In this document: positions 1-15,296 of the stretch, piece after piece
How the letters are laid out: each line of letters starts with the position of its first letter
How positions within the stretch are numbered: position 1 is the first letter of the stretch
Assembly: GCF_009914755.1 (NCBI RefSeq)
Contig: NC_060927.1
DNA: 64,000 nucleotides
Direction: 5' to 3' (one strand)
Origin: the human T2T-CHM13v2.0 reference genome, Homo sapiens
Position numbers and translations under genes: made by a program
The notes under the pieces: generated by a model
Told to the model about the DNA's origin: nothing
Databases searched by the model: none
Seen by the model: only the letters and a program-made list of their open reading frames with translations

Positions 1-765
1 AGATTACACAGAATGAGAACCTGGCCCATTGTTTTCTCCTGCTGCCTAAGGAAGGAGTTGTGCTCTTTGGATCCCTGTACAGATTTTGGCTTGTCCACCT
101 CCCTGAATTCCCAAGTAACAATTAAGCAATCTGCCTCCTTCCGTCTTCTCATTTCAATGTGTAGGATATTTGTCAACTTGCCCAGAGTTGCTGTAGGCAT
201 TTTGAGCTATTCATCTGACTGTGTGCAATAGATAACAAAAATATAATTAGGAGGAGGACTGAATTAAGTCTGAATTTTATTTTTATTTTTATTGCGGGGG
301 AGAGGTGCTTACTTTAGAGTGGTAAAAGTTACTTCTTGTCCAAGTTTTCATCATCCCCTCCTTCCCTCTGTGTTTCAATAAAATGTTTCCAAAGTTTCAA
401 ATAAAAAGTTTATTAAAATAGAGGCCGTGTTTTTAAAAATAAAAATGTAACATCTTACTTCCTAGAGGTATCTGAAGAAAAGCACTCCAGGAGTATAAAG
501 AATAAACTAGATGGTTGGAATGTGGTTTATTAGTCCACAAACCTGTCAGGAATCTTGGACTCTTTTCCTAAAGCTATGCAGACATACAACATAACTTTGG
601 AAGAACCAGTTAAGTTTGTATTCTAACTATGCCCTGTAATTTAGGAATAACTACCTGCTAAACACTGAAAATCTGTTGGTGGAAATCATCGGGTAAAACC
701 AAAGCATAAGTTATATTATTAGGGGTTGGTAAGTGGTTTTGTATATGCAATAAAAAGGATTAGAT

Positions 766-1095
<330 letters not shown>

Positions 1096-1387
1096 TTAAC
1101 TGTCCATAGGGCCAAGGAAAATGGAGAAAGATGAATTTGAAATAAAATTCTCTAAAAATAGCTGAAAAAGAAAAACTTAGATATGTAAGTGTTTTATGAT
1201 GTGAACATTCAATGAACAGAGGAAAGAGATGTGCCTAGGAATGTTTGGTGTTGAAGATATTTACCTTTTTAATAAAAGAGAACAAATTAAACAAGCAGTC
1301 TTCCTTTCTTGTAGGAACTGTATTTCAGGGTAATTACATGGCTTTAGTTGCTGAAGGAAAGATCTTCCTTATAGAAAAATGCCTGCT

Positions 1388-1686
1388 GTCTGGGTACAGT
1401 GGCTCATGCCTGTAATCCCAGAACTTTGGGAGGCCAAGGTGGACAGATCACTTGATCCCAGAAATTCAACACCAGCCTTGGCAACATGGTGAAACCCCAT
1501 CTCTACAAAAACATACAAAAGTTAGTTGGGCATTGTGGCACGCGCCTGTGGTCTCAGCTACTCAGGAGGCTGAGGTAGGAGGATCGCTTGAGCCTGGGAG
1601 TCAGAGGTTGCGGTGAGCTATGATCGCACTGCTGCACTCCAGCCTGGGTAACAGAGCAAGACCCTGTCTCAAAAAAAGAAAAAAAA
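1388..1686 (+). mobile_element. AluJ
   Basis: Full dimer with J-type diagnostic positions, A tail. Confidence 0.9.
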
Positions 1687-1699
1687 TTTCCTACTAATA

Positions 1700-2620
1700 A
1701 ATGTGGAAAGAGTGGTGGAATTAGAAAAACATTTCATAAACTCCAAGTATTGATTCAGGAAAAGATGATAAAGTTTGTTACACCTTTAGGTGAATGATTA
1801 ATGAAACTGAACATCCTTGTAATACCAAAGTAACATTGCACTGATGACTGTCTAATTGAAGGAGAAAAAGTAACTGTACAATGGAGAGATGAGACATATC
1901 ACCATTCTAACTTAGTGGTAGATTTTACCATGGCTGATGGTCAGTCATATATTTTGCCTTCTGATGTGATGGAATAGGAAGTACACATCCCCTATGGTAT
2001 ATTCAAGCCTAAAATGTTTAACTTGAATCCAGAAATCCTTGGATATAGTGTCCAGTTTATAAGAAACACAGGGGATAGAGAATCAAGCTAAATGATACAA
2101 CAAGAAAACAACCAGACAAATTCAGAGGTTGAGACATTCTATCTGATAACTGGCCTGACCTCTTCAATTAGTCAGTGGCCTTAAAATTAAGGGGAAGGAG
2201 TAGTCATGCTAGATTTAAAACAGCTTAGGAACATACAGCCAAATGCATTTCATCATACTGGATTAGATTAGGGTTGGAGCAAACCAACTATAAAGAACAT
2301 TTGGGGTCAGCTGGGGAAATGTGACTATGGGCTGGGTATTGTTTGAAATGAAAATGTAATTAAATGAAAAGATGGAGATTATTGACTTGAAAAAGCAGAG
2401 GACTACCAGGAAGTACCATATCTCATTTTGATTAAAAAATACACATGCTGTATGTATGTGTATATGTGTATGTGCTTATGTATCTGTATATACATATGAT
2501 CATACATATGCCCAGAAAAAGACCCAGATGCATAAACTTTAAGAGTTCAACATTGGTTATATCTGGTAGTGGAAGTATAATCATTTTGTTTTTACCAGTC
2601 TGTATTTTCTAATTTTTAAC
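1700..2620 (+). mobile_element. Old L1M 3' fragment (approximate bounds)
   Basis: Motifs such as gacattctatctgataactggcctg resemble ancient L1MC/ME 3' ends. Confidence 0.5.
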
Positions 2621-3723
2621 AATGAACGCGGATTGGTTCTATAATAATGAAAGGTGGTTTTTTTTTTTTAAACAAAAAAACCCCTACCTTTTCAGATAGA
2701 AAAGCAGCAGTGTATTCTTTCCTTCAAGGAAAATGAAAATGTTTCCTTGGAGGAAAGAAGATATAAAGACTAGAAAACACTCTAGTATCTTTAAAAACCA
2801 CCAAGCTTTCAAATACAAAGATTTAACATATGTAAACTGTATTGTACTTCATTTGAAATTCAGTATCTTTACTAAAGAGATTTCTTTTATCCTATCCTAC
2901 ACACGTACAGTATTATTTAATGATGTGCACACAGAACTCTGCCAGCCTGAAACAGTAGGTCTAAGACACGTTTGTTGTTTTTGGCTCCCCTGTGTTGATC
3001 TAAATCACTGCCTAGTAGCCCTTGGAAATTTCTATCCCAAAACGTCCCACAGGTGCCCAATACCATGGATTCTCATTCCCCAAGTTCATTCTCACTCTTC
3101 TCTCTTGGTTGAGTCTTGCCTTTCTTCACTCTGTTCCCTTTCCTTGTTCCTGCCATCCAAAGCTTCTCTGTCTTTCAGGCTCATCTCAGATTTCCTCTCT
3201 TTCCTGAAGGCTTTTTGGATTCCTTCCATCTCCATGCACAGTCAGAAGGGCTCTGTTCATCTCTGAATATCTTTCGCACTCCATTGCATCTGGTTTAAAT
3301 CCCTTCTCTGCCTCTTATTAGCTATGTGATCTCAAAACTCAATTTCTTTATCTGTAAAATGGTGATAATAAATGACTTCGCAGGGTTGAGGGCCTCAAGT
3401 CAGTGGCGAGTACTGCAGTAGAGGCAGAATACATAGCTCAACAGAAATTACTCTAGTAATGGTCATGATTGTTTGCACTTCTCTCAAACCACCTACTCGT
3501 ATATTAGAGTGCATTGTGCTTGTCTTATCCTCTTTACTAAAAGTAGGAAAATGGCTTGAGAATTGATGCTCAGTCTTATTTATATTATTCTATCCCTAGT
3601 TATGTGATACTTAACTGTATTGCTCGGTATTTAGCAGCCCATTATCTAATCATAACATCACCCTCATTCTTTCTGAGCTTGTTTCCTTTTTGTGAAATGG
3701 GGCTACCATTCAATCTCACAGAA

Positions 3724-4048
<325 letters not shown>

Positions 4049-4670
4049 TAGACAAATTTTTATTTTAAAAGACTTAGCACAGCCCCTGACAGCGTAGGCA
4101 CTCAATAAATGTGGAATCTGAATCTTACTTAAAGCTAGTTTATATTTTCAAGTCTTCTTACTTTTACTAATGCTGCTTTAAGATATATTCTGTAAGTTCA
4201 AATGTAAAGTTCTAGATTGGGAAAGAATTTATAATGTGTCTAATAAAGATTGTTAGAGACAAACTTTTAGACTGAACCAATCTACTATTAATGGACTGAT
4301 GAATCTTACCGGAAAATAAACATAAAATATACTCTGTGTTGCCTGTGGTTTAATTGCCATCAAAATTAAGTTTATTATGTACTGATTTCACAGTTACATT
4401 TTATTTTCAGTCAAATATCTATTTGTTGGTGTGAAGAAAATATGTCTACTTCCGCTAAGTGAACTTTAAAAATTTGTACTTGCTTTTGAAGATTCCATAC
4501 TCTATATACCGTCTCTTCCTGAAGCGTATTTATGTAGCTCCTGTTAACATAAGAGCGATAAGAGTGTTGCTTGATGACTGCTCTTATTGCTTTATTAAAG
4601 TGTCATGTAAGATTTAAATATTTGATTATAAGAATTCATAATATAATTTTGAAAGCCTACTCTGTTCCAG

Positions 4671-4758
4671 ACGCTGATTTATTTAAATCATCTCTAATTC
4701 TTACAACTCCGAAAAGATAAGAAAACAGAGATGTGACAAGGCTTGAATGCAAACCCAG
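4671..4758 (+). other. PPARG: Probable alternative non-coding 5'UTR exon (88 nt), MIR-derived
   Basis: Acceptor tctgttccag|AC, donor CCAG|gtctgt; MIR-like aacccaggtctgtttgactc; fits my recollection of an annotated short UTR exon about 7 kb upstream of exon B. Confidence 0.6.
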
Positions 4759-5384
4759 GTCTGTTTGACTCTTTGTTCATTTTGAATAAAGACAAATTAC
4801 TCAAAGCTTTACTGCCAAAAACTATTATCTGGTTCCACATTGAAACCCTATTCAATAGTTGTTATTATTTTCTTCTTTTGCTTTGAATAACCTCCCAGCA
4901 TTGTTGTGAGTTTCAAACGAAATAAAAACACTATACAGATCCAAGGTGTTTTTTTTTAGAGTATTGTTACCTCAAAGTAGAAATTTTCAAATAGTAATGT
5001 TATCATTTTCTTAAGAGCAAGGAACTTTGTCAATAGAAACAAAAACATCATACCAGAAGAACCCCAGAATGCTGGGATGACTCATGAAGAATCTGTGAAT
5101 GAGGCAAGAGAACATTCGTCAGCAAAATGACTCCGTGAACTGATGTTCAAATATTATCAAATTTTAATTACCGAGTCATAATTGAGTACTTACTTTGTAG
5201 AGAGCACCATATCTAAACCCTGTGGTGAATGATGACATTTTCATAGGTAATTCCTCCACATTAAGTGATTCATCATAGAAAAATGCTTTCATGCTGATGA
5301 CTTCCACCATGACTGTTGGCATTAAGGATCATTGACCTGAAGAACTGATTTGAACGTCTTACTGCATCATTTTAATGAGATAGA

Positions 5385-5560
5385 GCATCGTTTGGAGCTT
5401 TGGACTGGGAATCAAGAAACCTGGTTTCTAGCTCAAACTCTGCTGCTAATTTATCTAGGTCATGCTTTGGGCAAATCATTTCATTCCTCTGGAACCCATT
5501 TTCCTTATATCAAAAATTAAGAGTTGGAATATGCTAATCTCCCTCCTATTAAGTTTCGTG
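5385..5560 (+). mobile_element. MIR
   Basis: ttggactgggaatcaagaaacctggtttcta...tttgggcaaatcattt core. Confidence 0.65.
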
Positions 5561-6448
5561 AGCCCGTGATTTCAACAGTACGTAAATTTCCTTTAGTACA
5601 GTCACAGAACTGGTAAGTGACACCAGCTGAAACTGAGTGCAGCTCCGCGGCTCTACGCTTGCTGTAGAACCTTTGTGAATTCCCACTGTGCTTCACCAGT
5701 GACAGGATGTGCTACCCAATAAATCTCCATATAACTGATCTTGAAAAATTCATTGATAAAATCTGAAAACTGAAAAAGATACATGTTTTAGAGGTTTAGG
5801 TTTCCCACAACATGAAAATGTGTCAGTTGATAATATAGTTCATGGTATTTTACTATGCTAGAAAACAGCTTACTAGAGAATTTCAGATATTACATGCAAC
5901 GACAAGTTAACATAGTTTAGGTGGGACGTCTTTGGTTCAAAGTTACAGTAATTTCAAAAGTGTTTAGTTGATCCCTAGAAAGTGGTTAAACAGGTTAGTC
6001 TCTTTTTCAGGTATTAGAGGGAAGTTAACTTTTGAAGCTGGGCAGAAAAGGAAGTTTTCAGTTGGTTTTTTCCTTTTGAGACTTTTAATTTATCATCAGA
6101 CACTATTTTTTCAGATGAAAGTGCCTTTTATACTGTCACCTAGGTATGAGTCAAGTATGAAAAGGAAATAGTAACTCAGGATCAGAACATGAATAAGTAT
6201 GCAATATGGAGAATTTCCATTAAATTTTAAATAAATGAATTACAGTCATATTATTCAGTATCTCAACATTAAAACTCAAAAAGACCTTAAGGATTATTCT
6301 GTTTTGTGGAAAGGGCTTTTTCTGATTCTAGAGATGAGAAATGTGGACCCAAAGAGTTGACACAGTAGGTTTGTGGCTGAGCCAAGACAAAAACGTAAAA
6401 CCTAGGCTTTCTGGCTCCAATGTCAGTGTTCTTTTCTACTGCTTCTGA

Positions 6449-6823
<375 letters not shown>

Positions 6824-6941
6824 TAATATAATTGTTTAATATAATTATGTCCATAAAATATATTACTTTTGAAAATCTGAACAAAATTACAGTTTTTGGT
6901 TAAAGAAGAATGGATTTGCCTTTCAAAAAAATGATACACGA

Positions 6942-7200
6942 GAGACTGAGGCAGGAGAATTTCTTGAATCTGGGAGGTGGAGGTAGGTTGCAATGAGCCT
7001 AGATTGTGCCACTGCACTCCAGCCTGAGGGACAGAGTGAGACCCTGTCTCAAAAAAAAAAAGACACAGCTGAGTGTGGTGGCGAGCAACTGAAATCCTAG
7101 CTGCTCTGGAGGCTGAGGCAGGGGGGTCACTTGAGCCCAGGAGTTGGAGACTAGCCTGGGCAACATAGCAAGACCCCGGTCAAAAATTTTTTTAATTTAA
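6942..7200 (+). mobile_element. 5'-truncated Alu right arm (6942-7060) followed by a FLAM-type monomer (about 7068-7200)
   Basis: Alu monomer sequences separated by an A tail. Confidence 0.8.
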
Positions 7201-10099
7201 AAAATTTTCCAAAAGGGGCACAGATACATTGAACATTGACCTTCCTTTGTCTGCTTTTATGGGACTATCCGGCTTGTGATGGTTGTGGTGAAATTTACAT
7301 CCAGGATACAGGATTATTTGTTCTTCTCAAAGGAGTGTCCCATTGGCCCAGCATTTCTCTCATGTTGTCTCTCCCCTGGGACTATGAAGAAACCCTGAAC
7401 TGATGCAACCACCACTTGAAAATAAAGTTCCAAGCCAATCTGAATTGCACTAGGAAAAGGCAGCCATTCTTTTGGGTAGGGGGAGAAGTGAGCTTGGCTG
7501 GTCATTCTGGTTGTTAGCAATTATCTGGCTTCCGTGGGAGCATCATCCAGAAATTTACATCTTATTGAAACAAGAAGAAAATGGATGCTATTATCAGTTC
7601 GTTAGGTCTCTAAACTCCTTCTTGAATGATACATGTGATATGGATGTGCTGTTCTTTCATTACTCTCATCATCAGCAAAAACAATATGTGTGTTTTAATG
7701 CCAACCAGGGACTCTGCTAGGTTCTAGGGATGCAATGAGATCTAAATGCTTAACCTTTTAGAAGCTAGCATAAATGTTAGTAGCACTTACAGCATTAAAT
7801 GAAGCAGATTTTTAAATGAGGTTATAGCAAAAGAAAAAAATACTGTACATACAATTTTATACCAATACTAACATAGCTTATTTCACACAAAAGAAAAAGC
7901 TATTTAAGCAATTTTAAAAATTCATATTCATTCTAGAGAATAAATTCCAAATTTATAGCAAAAAAAGAGTGAAGTTTTCATTAGCTTTCAAGAATAATGC
8001 AGGCTCCAAAGTATTTAATATTCTATATTATGGGAATATTTTATGTAAGTCATCCCAACACCAAGTAATGCTAAAAATAACTTTATATAGGTTCAATACC
8101 ATGATTTTATTAACTATAGATTTTTAGACCTTTTCTTACTTTTTGTTATTGAATCATTCACAGCTTTTATTGGTTGAATTGCCTTCTCCTAAAAGTACCA
8201 AAGTGTGAAGAGTTTTTATGGCTGAGTAATATTCAGATTCTTGTAGCCAAAGACAGGTTCTGTGAAGTAATATTGAAGACTAAATGTTGAAGAGTAGCTT
8301 TCTCTAATACCAAGCGGTCAATTTTTTCAAATATCATGAACTGGGGTAGAGTTAAGTTTTCATCCTCCTCATTATAGAATCATTCCTCATTATCCCCATT
8401 CTTTCTCCTGCTGAGGATGTGGTGGTGTACTCAAAGTCACATCCATACCCTTCTGTCTCCAAAGTCCTAGGAGAGATGGCCCTCTTCTCAACCTCTACAT
8501 TGCACAGAACCTTACATCCCTCAACAGAAGGAGTACATAGTGCATAAGGAAAGTGGTCTTTTACCACTCCTCCTCACTCTGTAACATTACCAAGGACTAT
8601 CCTGCAAGGGGACCATCCATAGGATGAATAGCAATAGACTGCTGCATTGACGTGCAAAGTGCTGACAACCCATTGGTGTACAAAGCACCCTAAGCAAGAT
8701 CTAAAGTTCTAAGATCTTATCATGTAAATCACCAGCATGCTGTTTTATGTATCTTATTGTAATATCCTTCCAATCAGTATTATAAAGGGCAGGACACTGG
8801 GGGAATCTTAAGGCTTTGAAGATAGGGATAGTCACGTGCATGTCTCATAAATTCTCTGATGATCATATACTGTTTACTGGTAGTAATGACTGTACTTAAA
8901 CAAATATATTGTTTCTCATATCATTGCATGCCAATTGACCTTCAAGTTTAAGCCAATGAAAAGATCACTCTTTTAAGTATATTTGGATAATTTTGATATA
9001 GTTACATGTGAACTCATTAAGTATAGAAACCTTGGCTTATTATTTACCACCTAAGCCTAGGTCAGTACCTGGTGCTTAGTAGGTATTTGATGAATGATGG
9101 GATGAATAAATGTGGAAATAAGTCTTTTCAGTATCTAAAGACAAAACAGATACATAATAAGATACAAATGAGATTGGCTCATCTATCTTTATTTTCATTC
9201 ATTTGAATGTCCATGTAAGCAAGTTATTTCTTAAGTGACCCAGCACTGCAGTGCAACTATCATTAACATAAAATATGATTAAATAATCCACATTGTATAA
9301 CTGTTTTGTTAGTAATGTAGGGATGCTTTGCGTGTTGCTTGGTTTGTGTATGCTGCCAAAAGTGTAAGCAACATTTACTGAGCTGCTATGTGGCAGGCCC
9401 TGTGTTTATTAAAATTGTAGTTTTTGCTAATTGACTGTTTTTTGACACATCCGTCTTGTTCATCATTGTCTACCTAGCACCTAGCTTTAGGCTTGCCACA
9501 TATTATATTGGCAATGAATATTTGTTGAACAAACAAATGCATGAAATGTAATGAGTAAGACAGGTTTTTGCTTTCAAGTAAAACATAGTCTGGGGGAAGA
9601 CGGAATGTCAGAATGTGGTGGGTGCTATAGGAGTAGGTGTTATCAGATTCTGATGCTATGGAATAATAAATTGTTAAAATATGTAATCTTATGTTTCAGA
9701 AGCTAAAGCACAGTATGGGAACTATTAGAGGCTTAGAAGGCCTCACTACCCACTAGACTCAGAAGTTGAATAGTGTCTGAGAAAAAAGAGAATAGAAGTA
9801 ACAGTAGATGAAGAGTCCAGAAGTGAGACCCTTTGAGGACATGAGGACAGGTGGAAGGACTGCATCTGTGTGTTGCCAAAGAGTAACAGAGACTGGTATA
9901 GGACTTGAGTTCAATTCAGTCATATCCTTAAGTATTGTGCCATCATGTCTGGATTACTTTGTAGTATAAGTAAATTTCCAAGCATGGGGAGGAAAGGAGA
10001 AGCTCCTTTATTGAGAATTCAACTGAATATAGAGAAAACTAATTTTACACAACTGTAATCACTGTAGTCATTTGGACAAATTAGCAAACCCAAGTTTTG

Positions 10100-11603
<1,504 letters not shown>

Positions 11604-14324
11604 TAGTTTGTCTTCCAGGTTGTGTTTGTTTTAATACTATCATGTGTACACTCCAGTATTTTAATGCTTAGCTCGTTGCTATCGCGTTCATTTAAAAACA
11701 TGTTCAGAACCTTAAAAAAGGAAACCTAACCTAATCTATTTTATCTCTGTGCATGGCTCCCATTTCCTGAATTTTAAGCATTAAAGGTATAGTTATATCC
11801 AAAAACAATCCTGTTCATTTTTATTTCCTGAGTTTGCATAGATTTCCCAAGAATACATAAGGGCTTTTTAGACTTGAAGGGTCACTTTTTCCTCTTTTCA
11901 TCTCATATGTTAGAGATCTCTCATAACTGTTTTTATCCCTCTTGCAGCACTTTTATTCCTCTTGAAGTACTCTCAGCTCTTTTCTGTTCTATTTTGAAAT
12001 CTAGGTATTGTGTGTGCACTTCAGCTCTCCCAAAGAATTGTAAGTTCCCAGAGTGTAGGACCAAGTGGTGCTCTTTATTAGATTTCTTAGGATACTTCCT
12101 AGCATAGTGCCTAATGCATTGCAGAATAGATTGTCGGAACCTTGAAAAATATCTGTTCCAAGCATCACATTTTATGCATAAAGAAAATGAGGTCCCTAAA
12201 ACAGTAAATGCCTATTGCAAGTGACTACCTATTAACTTCTCTTCAGATGTGTCAGAATCAGATACCTCCTTTTCAATATTTCTTTCTTGGCCATTGCAAA
12301 ATATAAGTTCTCCATTTCTATAGCTCCTTCTACTGGAGTTTCTTAGCACAGCCTTTTCTGTTTTGTATTGTCTCGTATTGATGTCTATATTTCTATTCAT
12401 TTTATTTTTCTCTTCTCAGATTCTGTGTAAAAATAGATTGTTAGCTAGTGTGATTCATGTTTTATAATATAAGTGCTAAAGCATTAAAATTAAGTCACTT
12501 AATTGCTGAAATGGATGGCTTTACATTTTAACCTTTTAATTTTCCTGGAAGCCTGAAGTTTGAACATATTAGTCACCGTTTTTAAAATATAAAGCTTTTT
12601 AAAAATGAGTAAGAAAATGTTTCCTGAAGTACTGTTTTATTTTATTACAGTAATTTGATTCAACATGTATTTCTATCATCTAAGCCTCTTAACTAGGAGT
12701 TTTGTTTTATTCCATAAATTGTTGTTATTCTGTTTTTCTGCAAGCCATAAAAATTGTTGCTATCTTTCTTCAGTTATTAATTTAGCCTGCCTCAGGGCAG
12801 AATGTCCTGGCTATACTGTGAAATAGTTCTTGAGTCAAAATTTGATAGTTTTGTCTATTTTGAAAGAACATGTCTAGAATGCAGTGCAACAAATATCAAC
12901 AAATAGGTTAACTGAGAGGCAAGTACTGTTTGTGGTAAGGGATGGTTATGTGATTCAAGTTAGTTTTCATTCTGTGCTAATCTCTAATTTTATGCTTTGA
13001 ATTTACTCTGAGTTTAATTTTTTTGAGTCTCAATTTCCTCTAAAAGAATGATCCAGTACTTTTCTTCCTAATTAACATAGTGCAGAATGAAATTATTAGC
13101 AATTAAAACATTATATTTTGTACCAATAATTTAACCCTTGTCTTATAGGGTCTCTGGCTACTACTTCTTCATAAGCACTGTTTCTCTGTTAAAAATGTGA
13201 GTTCCTAAAGGCCCAAGACCTATGATTGTTACTCCTATTGCATTTTGTAAATGACCTTTAAATAATTACTCCACCTCTTCCAAAACAGACAGACTTAAAA
13301 ATAAATTAGCTATATGATCATCATTAGCCGAGGCCAGCAGAGTTGAACACTGTGGAGTTGAGGTATTTGGCATGGGTACAGTAGTCCTCTTAGGTGCTCC
13401 TTCTTCCTCATCATAGGCAAAGTGAAATTGGGGGTGTTGCAAATGGTTGGGTACTGCTATTTAAGAAAAAGTGGCACATTTAGTGTGAATGACTCAGATA
13501 TCCAGGTAGATTGGTCATATTCATGAGATTAAAAATCTCGACTACACTTAGCCACTATGCCCAAAGAGGACTTCCATACTTTTTCCAAGGCTCCATCATT
13601 GCTGTGACCCCTTTATATTATTCCCCTTTCTCTTTTTATCAAGAGCTCCTCAAGCAACCCCAAGTAACCTCATGCTGGCTCTGAAACCATTTCCACTAGT
13701 AAAAATTGGCAAGATTGAAGGGAAGCTTCCACAAGCTCAAGCTGAATATGCCTCCTGCTTTTAGTGCCAGACTTAGTCCTGTGTGAATTCTACAATTTTA
13801 AGTCGTTGCACCAGAGCCTTGAAAGATGATGACACACTTGTCCTTTGGAGCTGATTGAGCAATGGAAATATGCCTTAGAGACATGATAAATGCTGCAATA
13901 GACAATCCTTCAAAACGAGTCTCTCCTGAGATAGGAGTGAGTGATTGATTGCATGCCATTTTTATTGAGGGATACTTAATCTGTGGTTACATATCTCCAG
14001 GCAACTATATATTCAGAAACATTTAGATAACTGACCAAAGTTTTCACCTTTCCAGAAGTTTAAAGGGACCCATGTAGTACCAGGGAATATAAGGACCAGT
14101 CCTTTGTTGGCCACATATTTGCTGTGTGAATTTAAGCACGCCATTTTTCTTCTCTGGCCTTCTGTTTCCACATATATTAACAGAATACACAGGATTAATG
14201 GGAGGATTAAATGACACAATACTTGTGCAAGTAGATCTAAAGCCCTATATGGAATTTATTGCTTTAGCCTTGTAGCGTTAATCACTTGTGGCTAGAATAG
14301 AAGGCTCCGTTTAAAAAAAAAAAA

Positions 14325-14640
14325 GGCTGGGTACAGTGGCTCACATCTGTAATCCCACAACTTTGGGAGGCCGAGGCGGGCAGATCACGAGGTCAGGAGG
14401 TCAAGAGGTCAAGACCATCCTGGCTAACACGATGAAACCCTGTCTCTACTAAAAATACAAAAAATTAGCCAGGCGTGGTGGTGGGCGCCTGTAGTCCCAG
14501 CTACTCAGGAGGCTGAGGTAGGAGAATGGCGTGAACCCAGGAGGCAGAGGTTGCAGTGAGGCTGAGATTGCGCCACTGCACTCCAGCCTGGGCGACAGAG
14601 CGAGACTCCATCTCAAAAAAAAAAAAAAAAAGAAAAGAAA
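14325..14640 (+). mobile_element. AluY/Sc-like with an internal 8-bp duplication
   Basis: gaccatcctggctaacacg and agaatggcgtgaacc diagnostics; A tail. Confidence 0.95.
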
Positions 14641-15000
14641 CCTACATTTTAAACACTTTATGGATATGGAAAAACAAAAACCGCAGAACTCTTTATTGCA
14701 CAAGAGTAAGTGGCAGTTATATGAATGAAGCGGGGCATCCGCATGATCTCCTGTGAGTGTTTTGAGAAGATGATCAAACTTAGAGAAAGCATCTTTGTGT
14801 CTAATTTTTTTAAATGATGAAATTATTTCCCACTTTCATTAATATTTTCCTGTGAAGAAATTGAAGTTATTCTTTGGGCCTAAATAAAAGTGACAATTAC
14901 ATGTTTTCTTCTCAGAGGCATTGAGAAACTTGGATTATAATGTTTTTCATACACTGAAGTAGAAGTCCAGAAAAGATTTGAGTTATTGACACAGATCTTC

Positions 15001-15296
15001 TTTTTTTTTTGAGACAGAGCCTCACTCTGTCACCCAGGCTAGAGTGCAGAGGCCTGATATCATATTTCACCACAGCCTCAACCTCCCTGGGCTTCGGTGA
15101 TCCTCCCACCTCAGCCTCACTAGTAGCTGGGACTACAGGCGTACCTTACCACACCCAGCAAATTTTTGTAATTTTTATAGAGACAGGATTTCACCATGTT
15201 GTCCAGGCTGGTCTTGAACTCCTGGGCTCAAGGAATTCTCCCGCCTCGACCTCCCAAAGTGCTGGGATTACAGACGTGAGCCATCGCAGCCTGCCC
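15001..15296 (-). mobile_element. AluJ
   Basis: Antisense dimer. Confidence 0.9.

Noticed and set aside
2733-3266. 177-aa ORF
   Set aside because: No recognisable domain or splice context; runs through low-complexity pyrimidine-rich intron; likely chance
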